From the IMG/VR virus record IMGVR_UViG_3300045988_114751, positions 1 through 64,000 of that record: 64,000 bases of DNA. One strand, 5' to 3'. The position numbers and the translations under genes were made by a program. This stretch comes from a virus. Position 1 is the stretch's first letter; the number at the start of each line of letters is the position of its first letter. Below, in pieces: positions 17,856-27,971 of the stretch. Below the pieces are notes generated by a model that was not told the origin of the DNA, did no database searches, and worked only from the letters and a program-made list of their open reading frames with translations.

Positions 17856-18175
17856 TTAAAAGTGATATGAACTGGAAGAAATACAAAGAGGAAAAACCTC
17901 CAGAGGGAGAAGAAGTGTTGGCTTATCATCCAAGTTGGATAGATGAAGATTTCAACCCAAGAGGCATAAGAATAGGGTTTTGGAATGGAGGGGACGATTT
18001 TAAATCAGCCCATTGGTGGGATTATCAAGATTGTTATATCACAATCTCTCATTGTGATTGTGATGATAATTCGCTTTTTAGTGATAGAATAAAAAACAGC
18101 ATAGAGCCAGAGTTATGGATATCACTTGATGTTATTACAAATTACTTACCTGATATAAAACAAAATCACTTATAA
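17834..18175 (+). CDS. hypothetical protein (113 aa)
   Basis: ORF track. Confidence 0.5.
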   Translation: MYICVQLIKSDMNWKKYKEEKPPEGEEVLAYHPSWIDEDFNPRGIRIGFWNGGDDFKSAHWWDYQDCYITISHCDCDDNSLFSDRIKNSIEPELWISLDVITNYLPDIKQNHL

Positions 18176-18177
18176 CA

Positions 18178-18561
18178 ATGAGCTATTTTATATTAATGGG
18201 AAGAAGAATCCCAAAACAAGCCGTAACAGGCTTCAAGTTTCAAAATGAAACAGATAACATTCGTCCTTTCCTGTCAATCAGGATAAGAGGGAAGGAGGAA
18301 ATTATACCCCTTAAAGATAAAAGAGAAATACTGTCCGTGAAAGCACATCTGTGCTCTGTCTTCTCCGGGTTTGTGAAAATAGGCGACTGGTATCTCAAGA
18401 TGTCGGAAGTTAAGGAATATAAGCCGGTGACTGCCGAAGACATGAACCCCTACATCTTGTTTAAGACATCTAAGTTCGGAAATATAAAAGTTCGTTTTCC
18501 GAAAGATGAAGATATGAATGCGGAATTGTTGGTGCTAGATCAACTTTTTGACGTAGAATGA
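18178..18561 (+). CDS. hypothetical protein (127 aa)
   Basis: ORF track. Confidence 0.5.
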   Translation: MSYFILMGRRIPKQAVTGFKFQNETDNIRPFLSIRIRGKEEIIPLKDKREILSVKAHLCSVFSGFVKIGDWYLKMSEVKEYKPVTAEDMNPYILFKTSKFGNIKVRFPKDEDMNAELLVLDQLFDVE

Positions 18562-18602
18562 ATTAGTAAGGTAATTATATACCTAAAATAATATAAAGAG
18601 AT

Positions 18603-18866
18603 ATGAGCAAATACAGAACAAAAGCCGGAATAGAATGCACGGAAGAAGAATGCAAGCTAATTGATTCATTTAAGAGGCTTGCCAAAAAATGGAAGAAAGA
18701 TGGAAAACGATTGTGGATATATTCAGCAAGCGGAACATTACATGTAATGATGCATGGAGATACAAACTATAATCCTACACCGGAATTTACGCAATATGGA
18801 GGCAGTAACATTGAAAATAGTATAACCATCATTGATGGAATACCAAATGATGGCGGAGATTGGTAA
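18603..18866 (+). CDS. hypothetical protein (87 aa)
   Basis: ORF track. Confidence 0.5.
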   Translation: MSKYRTKAGIECTEEECKLIDSFKRLAKKWKKDGKRLWIYSASGTLHVMMHGDTNYNPTPEFTQYGGSNIENSITIIDGIPNDGGDW

Positions 18867-18893
18867 TAATATTCATTTTTAAAAGTTAGAGTT

Positions 18894-19130
18894 ATGAAAA
18901 AAGATTTAACAGACAAAGAAAAAGAGGAAAGAATGAATTACCTTACCATCCATAAATGTAAAAACGAGGATGAACGTAAAGAGTTAAAAGAATTATGTGA
19001 TTGGTATTTTAAGGATACCCCTACGTTAACTATGTCTTTTTCTTTAACAGAAGAAGATCTTTCGGGTAACAATGGAAGGGGACGTGGAGTTGTCGGCGGT
19101 AGTCGGAGCTGTGAAGCGTCAACACCTTAA
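18894..19130 (+). CDS. hypothetical protein (78 aa)
   Basis: ORF track. Confidence 0.45.
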   Translation: MKKDLTDKEKEERMNYLTIHKCKNEDERKELKELCDWYFKDTPTLTMSFSLTEEDLSGNNGRGRGVVGGSRSCEASTP

Positions 19131-19149
19131 GAAGAAAATTTGAAAGGTT

Positions 19150-19353
19150 ATGACTGACAGAGAACTTCTTGAAGAAAACAATAAAATGTTAAAGGAAATT
19201 CTAAGTTTTGTGAGAAAAGTCGATTCTGTTGAATATAGGGATCATCAAGACTTTATGGAATTTCTTAGAAATGTGGCAGCCGATATATGGGTAGAATATA
19301 CGGAGCCTGAACAAAGAAGTAAGTTGTTTAATTTAATAAATAAAGAAAAATGA
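19150..19353 (+). CDS. hypothetical protein (67 aa)
   Basis: ORF track; ATGA overlap with the next ORF. Confidence 0.5.
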   Translation: MTDRELLEENNKMLKEILSFVRKVDSVEYRDHQDFMEFLRNVAADIWVEYTEPEQRSKLFNLINKEK

Positions 19354-20015
19354 AAACAATTTTTGATTTAAGCAGAGATGAGATTACGGCATTGACAGAC
19401 GAAGACATAAGTCTGTATATAGACAAAGAGCTTGCTAATAAAGGTATTCCAATTGAAGCTAAAAACTGGAATATAAAGGACGAAAAAGAAGTCGCGTATC
19501 CAAGAACGGGAGTTCCAGTATTTATGTTAAAAGATATCGGCATCGGTTTTAGAACCATAGAAGGTGCAACTGAGGTGGCTAATTTGCTTGTCAAGTATAA
19601 TGCATTTAAAACAGAATCAAAGTATCTAACAGGATCGTATGAACGGTTTTGGATCATAAAGGAGGGTGTTTGCCCGGCTGTTAAAGGAGAAACAGGATAT
19701 AGCGAGAAAGAGTTTGATAAGATAGATGAGAAAAATAAAAACCCTGAATTGACAAGTATAAATACCTTCAATGACATCGTGAAAAAAGCCAATGAAATCA
19801 AAGATAGGGTATTGAAATACGTGTACAATATAAAACAAGAGCGTTCATATAACAACGACATGGTTGGCATCTTTGAGAGGTATAAGGATATAGCAGATGG
19901 CGACATGGAGGTGGCTATGAATTTCATTAAGGAGGCCTATCCATCCAATGAAGAAACAGAGGTATTTATCAGGAAAAAGTTCAACATGTCCATACCAGTT
20001 GAGCCAGAAGAGTAA
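19350..20015 (+). CDS. hypothetical protein (221 aa)
   Basis: ORF track; the antisense ORF 19328-19927 is judged a shadow. Confidence 0.6.
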   Translation: MKTIFDLSRDEITALTDEDISLYIDKELANKGIPIEAKNWNIKDEKEVAYPRTGVPVFMLKDIGIGFRTIEGATEVANLLVKYNAFKTESKYLTGSYERFWIIKEGVCPAVKGETGYSEKEFDKIDEKNKNPELTSINTFNDIVKKANEIKDRVLKYVYNIKQERSYNNDMVGIFERYKDIADGDMEVAMNFIKEAYPSNEETEVFIRKKFNMSIPVEPEE

Positions 20016-20091
20016 AAAAATAAGCTAAATTAAGTTATTTAAAATCTTTTTTATTATTAAAAGATATATCTTTGTCCAAAAAACAAACAAG

Positions 20092-20343
20092 ATGGAAGAA
20101 AAGGAAATAAAAGAAGCTATGACTGAAGCCCTGACGCATTTGGAGGGGTGTAAGTATTTCGTGGCTACGATAGTAAATGAAGAGGAAAGAAGGTTTGATA
20201 TGAGCCAACGAATGTCACAGCATCAATTGGCCTTAGTTATAAAAGGCATCTTATCTAATAATGAGATGATGATGATGGATGTTTTGCAGTGGTGCTCTGC
20301 CAGACTTAAAAATAATATAGATAAAAAGAAGTCAACTAATTAA
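20092..20343 (+). CDS. hypothetical protein (83 aa)
   Basis: ORF track. Confidence 0.5.
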   Translation: MEEKEIKEAMTEALTHLEGCKYFVATIVNEEERRFDMSQRMSQHQLALVIKGILSNNEMMMMDVLQWCSARLKNNIDKKKSTN

Positions 20344-20354
20344 ATATTAATAAC

Positions 20355-20825
20355 ATGAATCGCTGGTTTGAAATTACGGTAAAAGCCGAGATTGACAATA
20401 TCGAGAACGGCAAAAAAAAGAAAGTAAATGAAAAGTATTTGGTAGATGCCTTATCTTACACAGAGGCAGAGTCAAGATCTTATGAAATCCTAAAGGGGTT
20501 GTATAAGGTGTTTGATGTTGTCAAGATCAATCCTATTAAAGTGTCGGAAATTTTCTTCAACGGAGAAGCTGAGTACTGGTATAAGTGTAAGGTAAATTAC
20601 ATTACACTGGATGAAAAGAAAGGTAAAGAAAAGAAAACGCCATGCTATATGTATGTCCAGGCCGGCAATCCGAAAGATGCTGAGGCTGTGTTAACTAAAG
20701 GGATGCAAGGTACGTTGGGCGACTGGAATTGCGAAGCTATTGCTGAAACGAAGATCATTGACGTATTCAAATATGATCTTCAGAAGGGAGCTGAAAAATT
20801 AGGCGAGAAGAAGAGTGAAGAGTAA
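20355..20825 (+). CDS. hypothetical protein (156 aa)
   Basis: ORF track. Confidence 0.55.
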   Translation: MNRWFEITVKAEIDNIENGKKKKVNEKYLVDALSYTEAESRSYEILKGLYKVFDVVKINPIKVSEIFFNGEAEYWYKCKVNYITLDEKKGKEKKTPCYMYVQAGNPKDAEAVLTKGMQGTLGDWNCEAIAETKIIDVFKYDLQKGAEKLGEKKSEE

Positions 20826-21054
20826 GGCTGATGTAGTTTCCAACATAGCGCTTGTTGTGGCGATAATATCATTGCTTTCAGCAGGCGCTTTCCTTCTGAT
20901 AGTGATTAAGACAGACGAGGTATCTAAATTATTAATGAACGTACCTTATCTACTGGCTTCAGCGGGATTGTTCTTTTCAATAATATCATTATTATTCGAA
21001 TGGAAAGCAAGGAAAAGAAGCTATACGTCTGCGAACGATGCGGACGAAAAGTGA
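20815..21054 (+). CDS. Small membrane protein with two predicted TM helices (IALVVAIISLLSAGAFLLIVI and LLASAGLFFSIISLLF)
   Basis: ORF track; hydrophobic spans. Confidence 0.5.
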   Translation: MKSKADVVSNIALVVAIISLLSAGAFLLIVIKTDEVSKLLMNVPYLLASAGLFFSIISLLFEWKARKRSYTSANDADEK

Positions 21055-21536
21055 TGATAAGAAGTCATGGCTTATGCCAGGCTTGCAGGAGCAAAGAGTT
21101 GACTCCGAAGAAAAAAAACAGAATTACATCCATTAAAAACAGCAGCAAGAAGAAAAAGTTAGAGAGCCCGGATTTATCCGGGTTTTTTCGTCTTATGCTG
21201 GAAGAGCTGAATAGTATTCGGATGTCTATGACTGGTAGGGCTATTCATTTTCCTACAGTATGCAACGTCTGCCATATACTTCCAAAAAGGATATATAAAT
21301 CAGTTGCTACTTGTAGAGATAATATAGTCTTTCTACATGAATCAGAGCATACGATATTCGATATGTATCTTGACAGGATGGAATTTGATAAGCTTGAAAC
21401 AGAATTTCCTTTTGTATGGAAATATGCAGTAAATAAGGTACTGGATATGGAAAGTAGAGGAATGATTAAAGAAAGAGGTAGGTTGATTGTTGAAATAATT
21501 GATAGGTATGAGAAAAAAAATATAAGGTTACGATAG
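21000..21536 (+). CDS. HNH-like endonuclease with an N-terminal Zn ribbon (CERCGRK...CQACR; CHILPKR...N...LHESEH)
   Basis: HNH-like His-Asn-His spacing read directly; weak assignment. Confidence 0.4.
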   Translation: MESKEKKLYVCERCGRKVMIRSHGLCQACRSKELTPKKKNRITSIKNSSKKKKLESPDLSGFFRLMLEELNSIRMSMTGRAIHFPTVCNVCHILPKRIYKSVATCRDNIVFLHESEHTIFDMYLDRMEFDKLETEFPFVWKYAVNKVLDMESRGMIKERGRLIVEIIDRYEKKNIRLR

Positions 21537-21681
21537 AAGCTGACGATGAAGTTATTTTCATTGCCAACATAAAAAGAGGAGATAGTGAGAGATTGATTGA
21601 TTTTGAGAGAGCGGCCGCAGATATTGATGAGGCTGTAACTGTGTTGTATTATGTTAAAGAGGAATTAATTGAGAAATTGAG

Positions 21682-23001
21682 ATGATAGAAGAAAAGATTA
21701 AAATATTAATGGATTTAGGGTTTGTTCCTATGGTGGAAGGAGAAGGAAATACGTTGTTTAGAATGAACGATGTTGTGATGTCGGTATCAGATCCTAATCA
21801 GACACCAGAGCAATTGAAAAAGGAAGTTATGGCTTTAATAAAGAATAAAGACATAGCAGAAAGAGGCGGACAGGTTCCAGTAGTTGAAGAGCCGGCTTCT
21901 GAGCCAGAGCAGGCCCAGAAGGAGGAACCGGAAGCTCCGGCGGAGGAAGCCGCTTCTAACCCTGGAGAAGAAGACTCGAATCCGTTTACAGAAAACCAGG
22001 AAACGTTAGAGCCGTTTTATATCTGTGATGAGTTGAAGAAGATTGAGACTCCCAAATTCGTAAGATTGACATTAGACGATAATCGTTTTTATGTAAGGAA
22101 GATGGATGATGGAACGGCCAAGATATATGCTTCAGTAACAACCTTAATCAAAGATGGATATGTCGATGATAAGACCGCACTTCAGGAATGGAAGCAAGAG
22201 ATGAAGATGCTTGGCCGCAATCCGGAAGAGGTGGCGCAGTATGAAGCTGATAAGGGAACGATCATGCACTACTTATACGGATTGTATCTAACAGGTAGAG
22301 ATATGGTCTTAAATCGAAGCTTTATCATCAAAACAGTGCAAGAAGGTAAGCTGAAGATATCTAAGAAAAATCTTGATCGGTTCTTTAACAGTATTGATGA
22401 TCTTGATGATATGATTGTCAGAATTATGAAGTTTGCCAAATTTTGTTCAGAGTATAAGGTTAAGCCGATGATGATTGAAAGAATATTGTCATTAGAAGAC
22501 TATTTGGTAGCTACGCCGATAGATGCGATGGTTAAAATGACATTCAAATACAAAGAAGAAGGTTATTTTGGAGCCGTGTATCAAAGGGCTACAGGGCAGT
22601 TTAAAAAAGGTGATCCGAAGAAGGAGGTAAGAGACGTGGAGAAGGAAGAAGTGGTTATTCTCGACTTTAAATCAGGGGGAATATGGGAATCATACGCATT
22701 TCAATTAGAAGCTGAAAGAAGAATGGTTAAAGCATGGTATGGGATTGATGCACGTATTATGAACTTTTCTCCAAAAAGCACGAGCAGCAAAGGATATACG
22801 TTGAAAGAATGGACAGAAGACAGTATAGCACTTGAAAAGGCGGACTGCGTGTTCCAACAAGGTATGTTGAATCACCTTAGAAAAGATAAGAAGTTCAAAG
22901 TGAGAAAAGGAGTGCTGAATATCAATAAGCCGTACAATGAAGAGGATCATACGGTCGTGTATGATATTGCAGAGGAAATGTCTAAAAGATTCATAATATG
23001 A
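21682..23001 (+). CDS. Putative PD-(D/E)xK family nuclease with an N-terminal Pro/Glu-rich linker (439 aa)
   Basis: C-terminal ...PIDAMV...VVILDFKSGG resembles the RecB/Cas4 (I/V)(I/V)D(Y/F)K(T/S)G motif. Confidence 0.4.
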   Translation: MIEEKIKILMDLGFVPMVEGEGNTLFRMNDVVMSVSDPNQTPEQLKKEVMALIKNKDIAERGGQVPVVEEPASEPEQAQKEEPEAPAEEAASNPGEEDSNPFTENQETLEPFYICDELKKIETPKFVRLTLDDNRFYVRKMDDGTAKIYASVTTLIKDGYVDDKTALQEWKQEMKMLGRNPEEVAQYEADKGTIMHYLYGLYLTGRDMVLNRSFIIKTVQEGKLKISKKNLDRFFNSIDDLDDMIVRIMKFAKFCSEYKVKPMMIERILSLEDYLVATPIDAMVKMTFKYKEEGYFGAVYQRATGQFKKGDPKKEVRDVEKEEVVILDFKSGGIWESYAFQLEAERRMVKAWYGIDARIMNFSPKSTSSKGYTLKEWTEDSIALEKADCVFQQGMLNHLRKDKKFKVRKGVLNINKPYNEEDHTVVYDIAEEMSKRFII

Positions 23002-23231
23002 ACGATATTGTTATTCCTGAAGGAGATTATATAGAAATCGTAAAACCGATACATATCAATCCTTTTGGTGATTATTTTATTAACATCAAAAGGGGTTCGA
23101 GATTAAGATTATCGAAAGATTTGAAAATAGGAGATAAATATGCAATATGTGTACTTGCATCTCATAAGAAATATGGCAAGACCATCGAAATAATAATGCC
23201 TATATTGGTCAGAAATACAAGAAGAGTATGA
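22998..23231 (+). CDS. hypothetical protein (77 aa)
   Basis: ORF track; ATGA overlap. Confidence 0.5.
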   Translation: MNDIVIPEGDYIEIVKPIHINPFGDYFINIKRGSRLRLSKDLKIGDKYAICVLASHKKYGKTIEIIMPILVRNTRRV

Positions 23232-23578
23232 AAAGAAAAATTAGAAGAACAGGAGAGATAATAGACGTAATCACTTTCAGTAGCTCAACTACAAGAAGCG
23301 ACCATGACAGAATACAGTTCTATGGTGATAATGGGAATGTGATAAGTGAGAGTTTAAATTTTTATCTCGATACCCTTCCTGTAAATGACGAAAACAAAGA
23401 TGTAGACTGGGAGCAACGTAGATTCGATCTTATTAAGGCTTATTCTATTGAGTTTGTTAAAGCACAAAATAGAAAAGGTGAAATAGATTGCGGAGTATAT
23501 GTACCAGATGTGGTGTCATGGTCTATAACTATAGCAGATAGAATCATAGAGGCAATGAGAGGAGTTAAAAATGCTTGA
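23228..23578 (+). CDS. hypothetical protein (116 aa)
   Basis: ORF track. Confidence 0.5.
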   Translation: MKRKIRRTGEIIDVITFSSSTTRSDHDRIQFYGDNGNVISESLNFYLDTLPVNDENKDVDWEQRRFDLIKAYSIEFVKAQNRKGEIDCGVYVPDVVSWSITIADRIIEAMRGVKNA

Positions 23579-24584
23579 TTTTAGAAAATACGAAAACGTA
23601 CCTCGGTTTCAACTTGACCGCAGACCTGGCAGGAGCCGACTGAAGCTAACCTGCCCGGCTTGTGGGAAAAGCCGGTGCCTCACTCCTTATATTGATGTGG
23701 CAACAGGTCAGGTTGTTGGAAACGAGTTCGGAAGATGCGATCATGAACGGACTTGCGGTTATGATAAACGACCTACTGGTAAGGATGTAGGTGACAAAGA
23801 TCTTTGGATTTCGGGAAATAAGTGTATAAGAGCTTATCGTCCTCCTGTAAATCCTGATGTTGTAAATTACATACCTTTTAGCGAGTTTGAGAGGACTGTA
23901 GTTCCAGACGATAGAAACACCGTATTTAGATTTTTATCGTCTCTATGGGGAAAAGAAAGGGTATCTGATGTGTTCAGAAGGTATCATGTCGGAACAATGG
24001 ACTTATGGGGATGGAAAGGATGTTGTATATTCTGGCAGATAGATAAGGACTTTGTATGTAGAACCGGCAAGATCATGGACTTTTATATAAAGACCGACAG
24101 CCAGGGGAATGAGATTGATGTAAAAAGAGTGAAAGAAAAAGACGGTGACAATGAGCGGCCTCATGTTATGTTTTATCACTCGTTGCATGCAAGGGACTTC
24201 TTGTTTAGACAATGCCTGTTCGGAGAGCATCTTCTAAGCCAGTATCCGGATAAGGTGGTTAATCTGGTGGAATCAGAAAAGACGGCTATTATATGTGCCG
24301 TGAATAAACCGGATGAGTTATTTGTAGCTACCGGTGGGTTGCAGAACCTAAGGCCGGAAGTGATAGATGTTTTAAAAGATAGAAAGACTGTAGCTTTTCC
24401 GGACAAAGGACAAGCATTTGAGACATGGAGTAAAAAGATAGATGGGATGATGATGAAGTCAAGAATAAAAGTATCAGACTATCTTCAAAATGTTGAAAAT
24501 GTAGGAGACGGAGATGATGTGGCAGATTTGATAATTAGTAACAAAGTAAAAGAAAAACAGTATGAGCCTGGACGTTTATATTAA
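23571..24584 (+). CDS. DNA primase-like protein: N-terminal zinc ribbon (CPACGKS...CDHERTC) plus C-terminal Toprim domain
   Basis: Toprim motifs VNLVESEKTAIICAV (Glu) and VAFPDKGQ (DxD-like). Confidence 0.6.
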   Translation: MLDFRKYENVPRFQLDRRPGRSRLKLTCPACGKSRCLTPYIDVATGQVVGNEFGRCDHERTCGYDKRPTGKDVGDKDLWISGNKCIRAYRPPVNPDVVNYIPFSEFERTVVPDDRNTVFRFLSSLWGKERVSDVFRRYHVGTMDLWGWKGCCIFWQIDKDFVCRTGKIMDFYIKTDSQGNEIDVKRVKEKDGDNERPHVMFYHSLHARDFLFRQCLFGEHLLSQYPDKVVNLVESEKTAIICAVNKPDELFVATGGLQNLRPEVIDVLKDRKTVAFPDKGQAFETWSKKIDGMMMKSRIKVSDYLQNVENVGDGDDVADLIISNKVKEKQYEPGRLY

Positions 24585-24915
24585 AAGTAAGAAGAAAGAA
24601 GAGGATCGTGAATGGGTTGCAAACATCACCCACAACATGAACAAGATGGCACAAAGAATATTCGTATCGGAAAATAAAGAAACGCTGTACGATTATGTTT
24701 GGAGACCAGAAGAATTGTATAAAGAAATATATACCAATGAGATGAAGAATGTACTTACAAAAGGTATATGTATTATGATCTCTAAGAGAAAAAGTCTTTT
24801 GAGATACGAGCCGGAAAACGGATGGGGGTCTTATGATTCATTTCTTAAGTTTCTTATCAAATACAAAGAGGCGTGTGAAGATCATCCGGGTTATATAATT
24901 GAAGCAAGTAGATAA
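24562..24915 (+). CDS. hypothetical protein (117 aa)
   Basis: ORF track. Confidence 0.5.
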   Translation: MSLDVYIKSKKKEEDREWVANITHNMNKMAQRIFVSENKETLYDYVWRPEELYKEIYTNEMKNVLTKGICIMISKRKSLLRYEPENGWGSYDSFLKFLIKYKEACEDHPGYIIEASR

Positions 24916-25177
24916 CAACATGGAAAAATATAAAAATACTTTAAATGAGGTAGTGGTGATCGAATCGTCACCAGAAACGTATTTTGTTTACGCTATTCGT
25001 AATGCTATTCGTATCTCTAAATGTGCGTATCCGACAGCCAAGAAAGTAATTTTCAAAAGAGAGGACGTAGAGGTAGAGATCTCAGAAATGGAAACTGAAA
25101 GCAGTTTGTATGAAAAGTTTAAAGAAAAACAAAAGAATAGGGTATGGAACTTAATGAGCGCCAACAACGGGTTTTAA
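24899..25177 (+). CDS. hypothetical protein (92 aa)
   Basis: ORF track. Confidence 0.45.
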   Translation: MKQVDNNMEKYKNTLNEVVVIESSPETYFVYAIRNAIRISKCAYPTAKKVIFKREDVEVEISEMETESSLYEKFKEKQKNRVWNLMSANNGF

Positions 25178-25710
25178 GAGGCGAAATTTGTCCTTATTGC
25201 GGAAGAGAAACCGAGCTGGTAAATGCCGATAAAATATATAGCAGAAAAGGCTTAGGGATGGTTATGATGTGCAAACCATGCAACACTTATGTCGGTGTTC
25301 ATGAATCAGGGCCGAATAAGGGAAAAGCTAAAGGCCGGCTTGCAGGGCCATCACTGAGATCTCTTAAGATAAGAGTCCATGCCGAACTTGACAGACTATG
25401 GTCTACGCCGGAGGAACGGGAAAGGATGTATAAAGATTTATCTGAATTTCTCTCTATACCGGAAGAATACACACATATAGGTATGTTCGGCGAGAAGACG
25501 ATGGGAAAAGTCTTTCAGTTCTGTCATGTAAACAAAGAGCGATCAGGTTCGAGAATAGAATGGCATAAGCCTGGAGATAAGTGCCCTAATAAAAACAATC
25601 AAATAGTGTCAGGCAGTAGCGCATGCAGAGGATGTCCTGAGTATCTTCATGATGAGAAAGACGGGTATGTCTGGTGTGATCCTGATATGAGCTACGGCAG
25701 GTTGAAATAG
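25144..25710 (+). CDS. Zn-ribbon protein, hypothetical (188 aa)
   Basis: ORF track; CPYCG...CKPCN. Confidence 0.55.
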   Translation: MELNERQQRVLRGEICPYCGRETELVNADKIYSRKGLGMVMMCKPCNTYVGVHESGPNKGKAKGRLAGPSLRSLKIRVHAELDRLWSTPEERERMYKDLSEFLSIPEEYTHIGMFGEKTMGKVFQFCHVNKERSGSRIEWHKPGDKCPNKNNQIVSGSSACRGCPEYLHDEKDGYVWCDPDMSYGRLK

Positions 25711-25728
25711 GGCGCGAATTGCCTATCT

Positions 25729-26040
25729 TTGTGCTATTATCAATCAAAAAAATGTAAGAAGATGGGCAGATCAACAGAGTACTACAGGACTCATCCCGAA
25801 GCCAGGAAGAAAAAGGCTAAAAAGGACAAGGAGATAAATGCCAGACCGGAGCAGAAAGCCAAACGCCGGGAACTTGGTCGTAAGAATTATGAAACAGACA
25901 AGAAGAAGGGCAAAGGCTGGAGGAAAGGCAAAGATTGTTCTCATACAAAGAACGGTCTTAGGTATAAATCAGTAAAAGCTAATAGGGGATCCAAATCGGA
26001 TACGAAAGGTGACAAAAATGCAAGAGGAGATAGCAAATAG
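25729..26040 (+). CDS. Highly basic Lys/Arg-rich small protein, possibly nucleic-acid binding (103 aa; alternative start at MGRST)
   Basis: ORF track; amino-acid composition. Confidence 0.45.
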   Translation: MCYYQSKKCKKMGRSTEYYRTHPEARKKKAKKDKEINARPEQKAKRRELGRKNYETDKKKGKGWRKGKDCSHTKNGLRYKSVKANRGSKSDTKGDKNARGDSK

Positions 26041-27142
26041 GATAGATATAAGAAGGATATTCAAAACCTCTAAACAGGTTATGGAAGAGGCGTATGAGAA
26101 TATCTTAAAATACAGGCGGGGAGAGCTTATCCCCGCTAAAACCGGATACGATTATATTGATGAGGCTTTGCTTGGAGGTATTTTCCCTCAGCATGCTATT
26201 GCCATAGGAGCTCGGCCATCTGTGGGTAAATCGTATGTGGCCCAAAAGATATTGGAAAATGTGATGAATCCGATGATCAACCCGCAGGCAGAAGATTATT
26301 TTCTTGTCAATTGCGAGTTCGAAATGAATCCTCAAGATCTTCTTCTTCGTAGAATGAGCCAGGATATGAAAAAACGGGCTCCTGAAATATTAAGAAGGCA
26401 AGATTCTAATACAGTAGAAGAGATGAGGATGTTTGAAATCCTTCAAGGTGAAATCAGAAATAATATAATATACATCGACGCTCCGTGTACGGTAAAAGAG
26501 TTTGAGGCGGCTGTGTATCATATAGCTACCAGACACAAGGACAAACGTCTTATAATATTTAAAGTCGATCATATTGCTTTGATAAAAAGAATGGGGTTAG
26601 ATCCTAAGTCGGCTATAGATGATTTGGTGGCGGTTATGAACGAAGCCAAATTAGTGTATAAAAACATATTTTTCCTCATCATATCCCAATTCAACAGAGA
26701 GATAGAAGGAAGGATAAAAAGCCCTCAAGAGCAGCCTCCCCGTCTTTCTGACTTTTATCAGTCTGATACGCTGGGGCAACTATGTACGTTAATGATAGGC
26801 TTGCATAATCCTCGCAGATACGGACTGGATAAGTATATGATATTTGGGAAAGACTGGTATCAGACTCTTGACCGGTTTAAAACTGAAAACAAAACATCAT
26901 TCAGGACAGCCGGACTGGTGTTTCATCATATACTGAAGGTAAGGCAAGTTAGTATGGAAGAGCTTACTAATACAATCCACCCAGAGATCCTGCCGGGGCA
27001 TGGATGGATGTACGGGGAGGGAGGGACGAAGTTCGTGAACCCCAACCAGCCGCCGACGCCGCCCAAGCTCTATACTGTGGAAGACGTTACGAACAATCAA
27101 GATCAAGAACAAGAGGTAAAGGAAGAACAGTCAGTATATTAA
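26009..27142 (+). CDS. DnaB-like replicative helicase, RecA-fold C-terminal domain only
   Basis: Walker A GARPSVGKS; Walker B RLIIFKVDH; H3-like SQFNRE. Confidence 0.75.
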   Translation: MTKMQEEIANRIDIRRIFKTSKQVMEEAYENILKYRRGELIPAKTGYDYIDEALLGGIFPQHAIAIGARPSVGKSYVAQKILENVMNPMINPQAEDYFLVNCEFEMNPQDLLLRRMSQDMKKRAPEILRRQDSNTVEEMRMFEILQGEIRNNIIYIDAPCTVKEFEAAVYHIATRHKDKRLIIFKVDHIALIKRMGLDPKSAIDDLVAVMNEAKLVYKNIFFLIISQFNREIEGRIKSPQEQPPRLSDFYQSDTLGQLCTLMIGLHNPRRYGLDKYMIFGKDWYQTLDRFKTENKTSFRTAGLVFHHILKVRQVSMEELTNTIHPEILPGHGWMYGEGGTKFVNPNQPPTPPKLYTVEDVTNNQDQEQEVKEEQSVY

Positions 27143-27154
27143 AAAAAGAAACGT

Positions 27155-27757
27155 ATGAGACTTACCGTAGAAGAAAACGAATACCTGATAAGTAAGTTCC
27201 TTTTGGTTCTTACTGAGTTTGCAGGGGATGAGAGAGAGATGTTTTTAATCAACTCCATACATGACAAGGCGGTGGCGGATATGAATTATCGTCTTCCGTC
27301 TTTAATAAGCAGAGAGCGTAAAAGACGAGTCATTGAGCTTCTTAAAGAAGGAACCAGAATAATCAAGGACTTTTCAGGTTATGCAGGTGATATGGGTATG
27401 ATTAACGAATACGATCGTCTAAAGAAAGAAATAGGAACCATCCAAGACCAACTTGGCGACGTAGAAGGTCAACTCCGGGCGGCAGGGGAAGTTATTAAAA
27501 AAGAGCTTGATATGATTGCTGACCGAATAAAAGAAGATCTTCTTGATCGGGAACTGGCTAAAAGTAATGCCGAGGCTGAAAGAAAAGCCAAAGTAGATCC
27601 GAGATACGAAGTGGCTTTAGGCGATTACAAGGAAATGTTGGAAGTAATTTTTACAACCAGGAACAAGTATTCTACGGTAGATTCTGTACATGACGATCTT
27701 CGCCAGTCGGTATCTACCGGTAGAAATTCGATTATTAAAGAAGGATACAACAGTTAA
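27155..27757 (+). CDS. hypothetical protein (200 aa)
   Basis: ORF track. Confidence 0.55.
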   Translation: MRLTVEENEYLISKFLLVLTEFAGDEREMFLINSIHDKAVADMNYRLPSLISRERKRRVIELLKEGTRIIKDFSGYAGDMGMINEYDRLKKEIGTIQDQLGDVEGQLRAAGEVIKKELDMIADRIKEDLLDRELAKSNAEAERKAKVDPRYEVALGDYKEMLEVIFTTRNKYSTVDSVHDDLRQSVSTGRNSIIKEGYNS

Positions 27758-27771
27758 AACAAGGAGGAAAT

Positions 27772-27969
27772 ATGGGAAAGAAGGAACTTAAAGTAGGAGA
27801 AACGTTTACTGCCGGATTTATAAGATTGAAATGTGTGGAAGGTGATACATGCGATGGATGTATATTCGAAGATTACGATTCTTGTTCATGTACAGACATA
27901 ATTATTGGTTCATGTGGACATATTGATAGACAAGATGGCAAGAATGTTATTTTCATTAAAGCTGATTAG
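27772..27969 (+). CDS. Small Cys-rich protein (65 aa), paralog of the ORF at 254-514
   Basis: Shared CxGCIFxDY...C motif; GGAGGAAAT SD upstream. Confidence 0.6.
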   Translation: MGKKELKVGETFTAGFIRLKCVEGDTCDGCIFEDYDSCSCTDIIIGSCGHIDRQDGKNVIFIKAD

Positions 27970-27971
27970 GT

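Noticed and set aside
19328-19927. Minus-strand 199-aa ORF
   Set aside because: It lies fully inside the plus-strand 19350-20015 gene within a uniformly plus-strand operon and gives a Ser/Leu/Phe-rich shadow translation.
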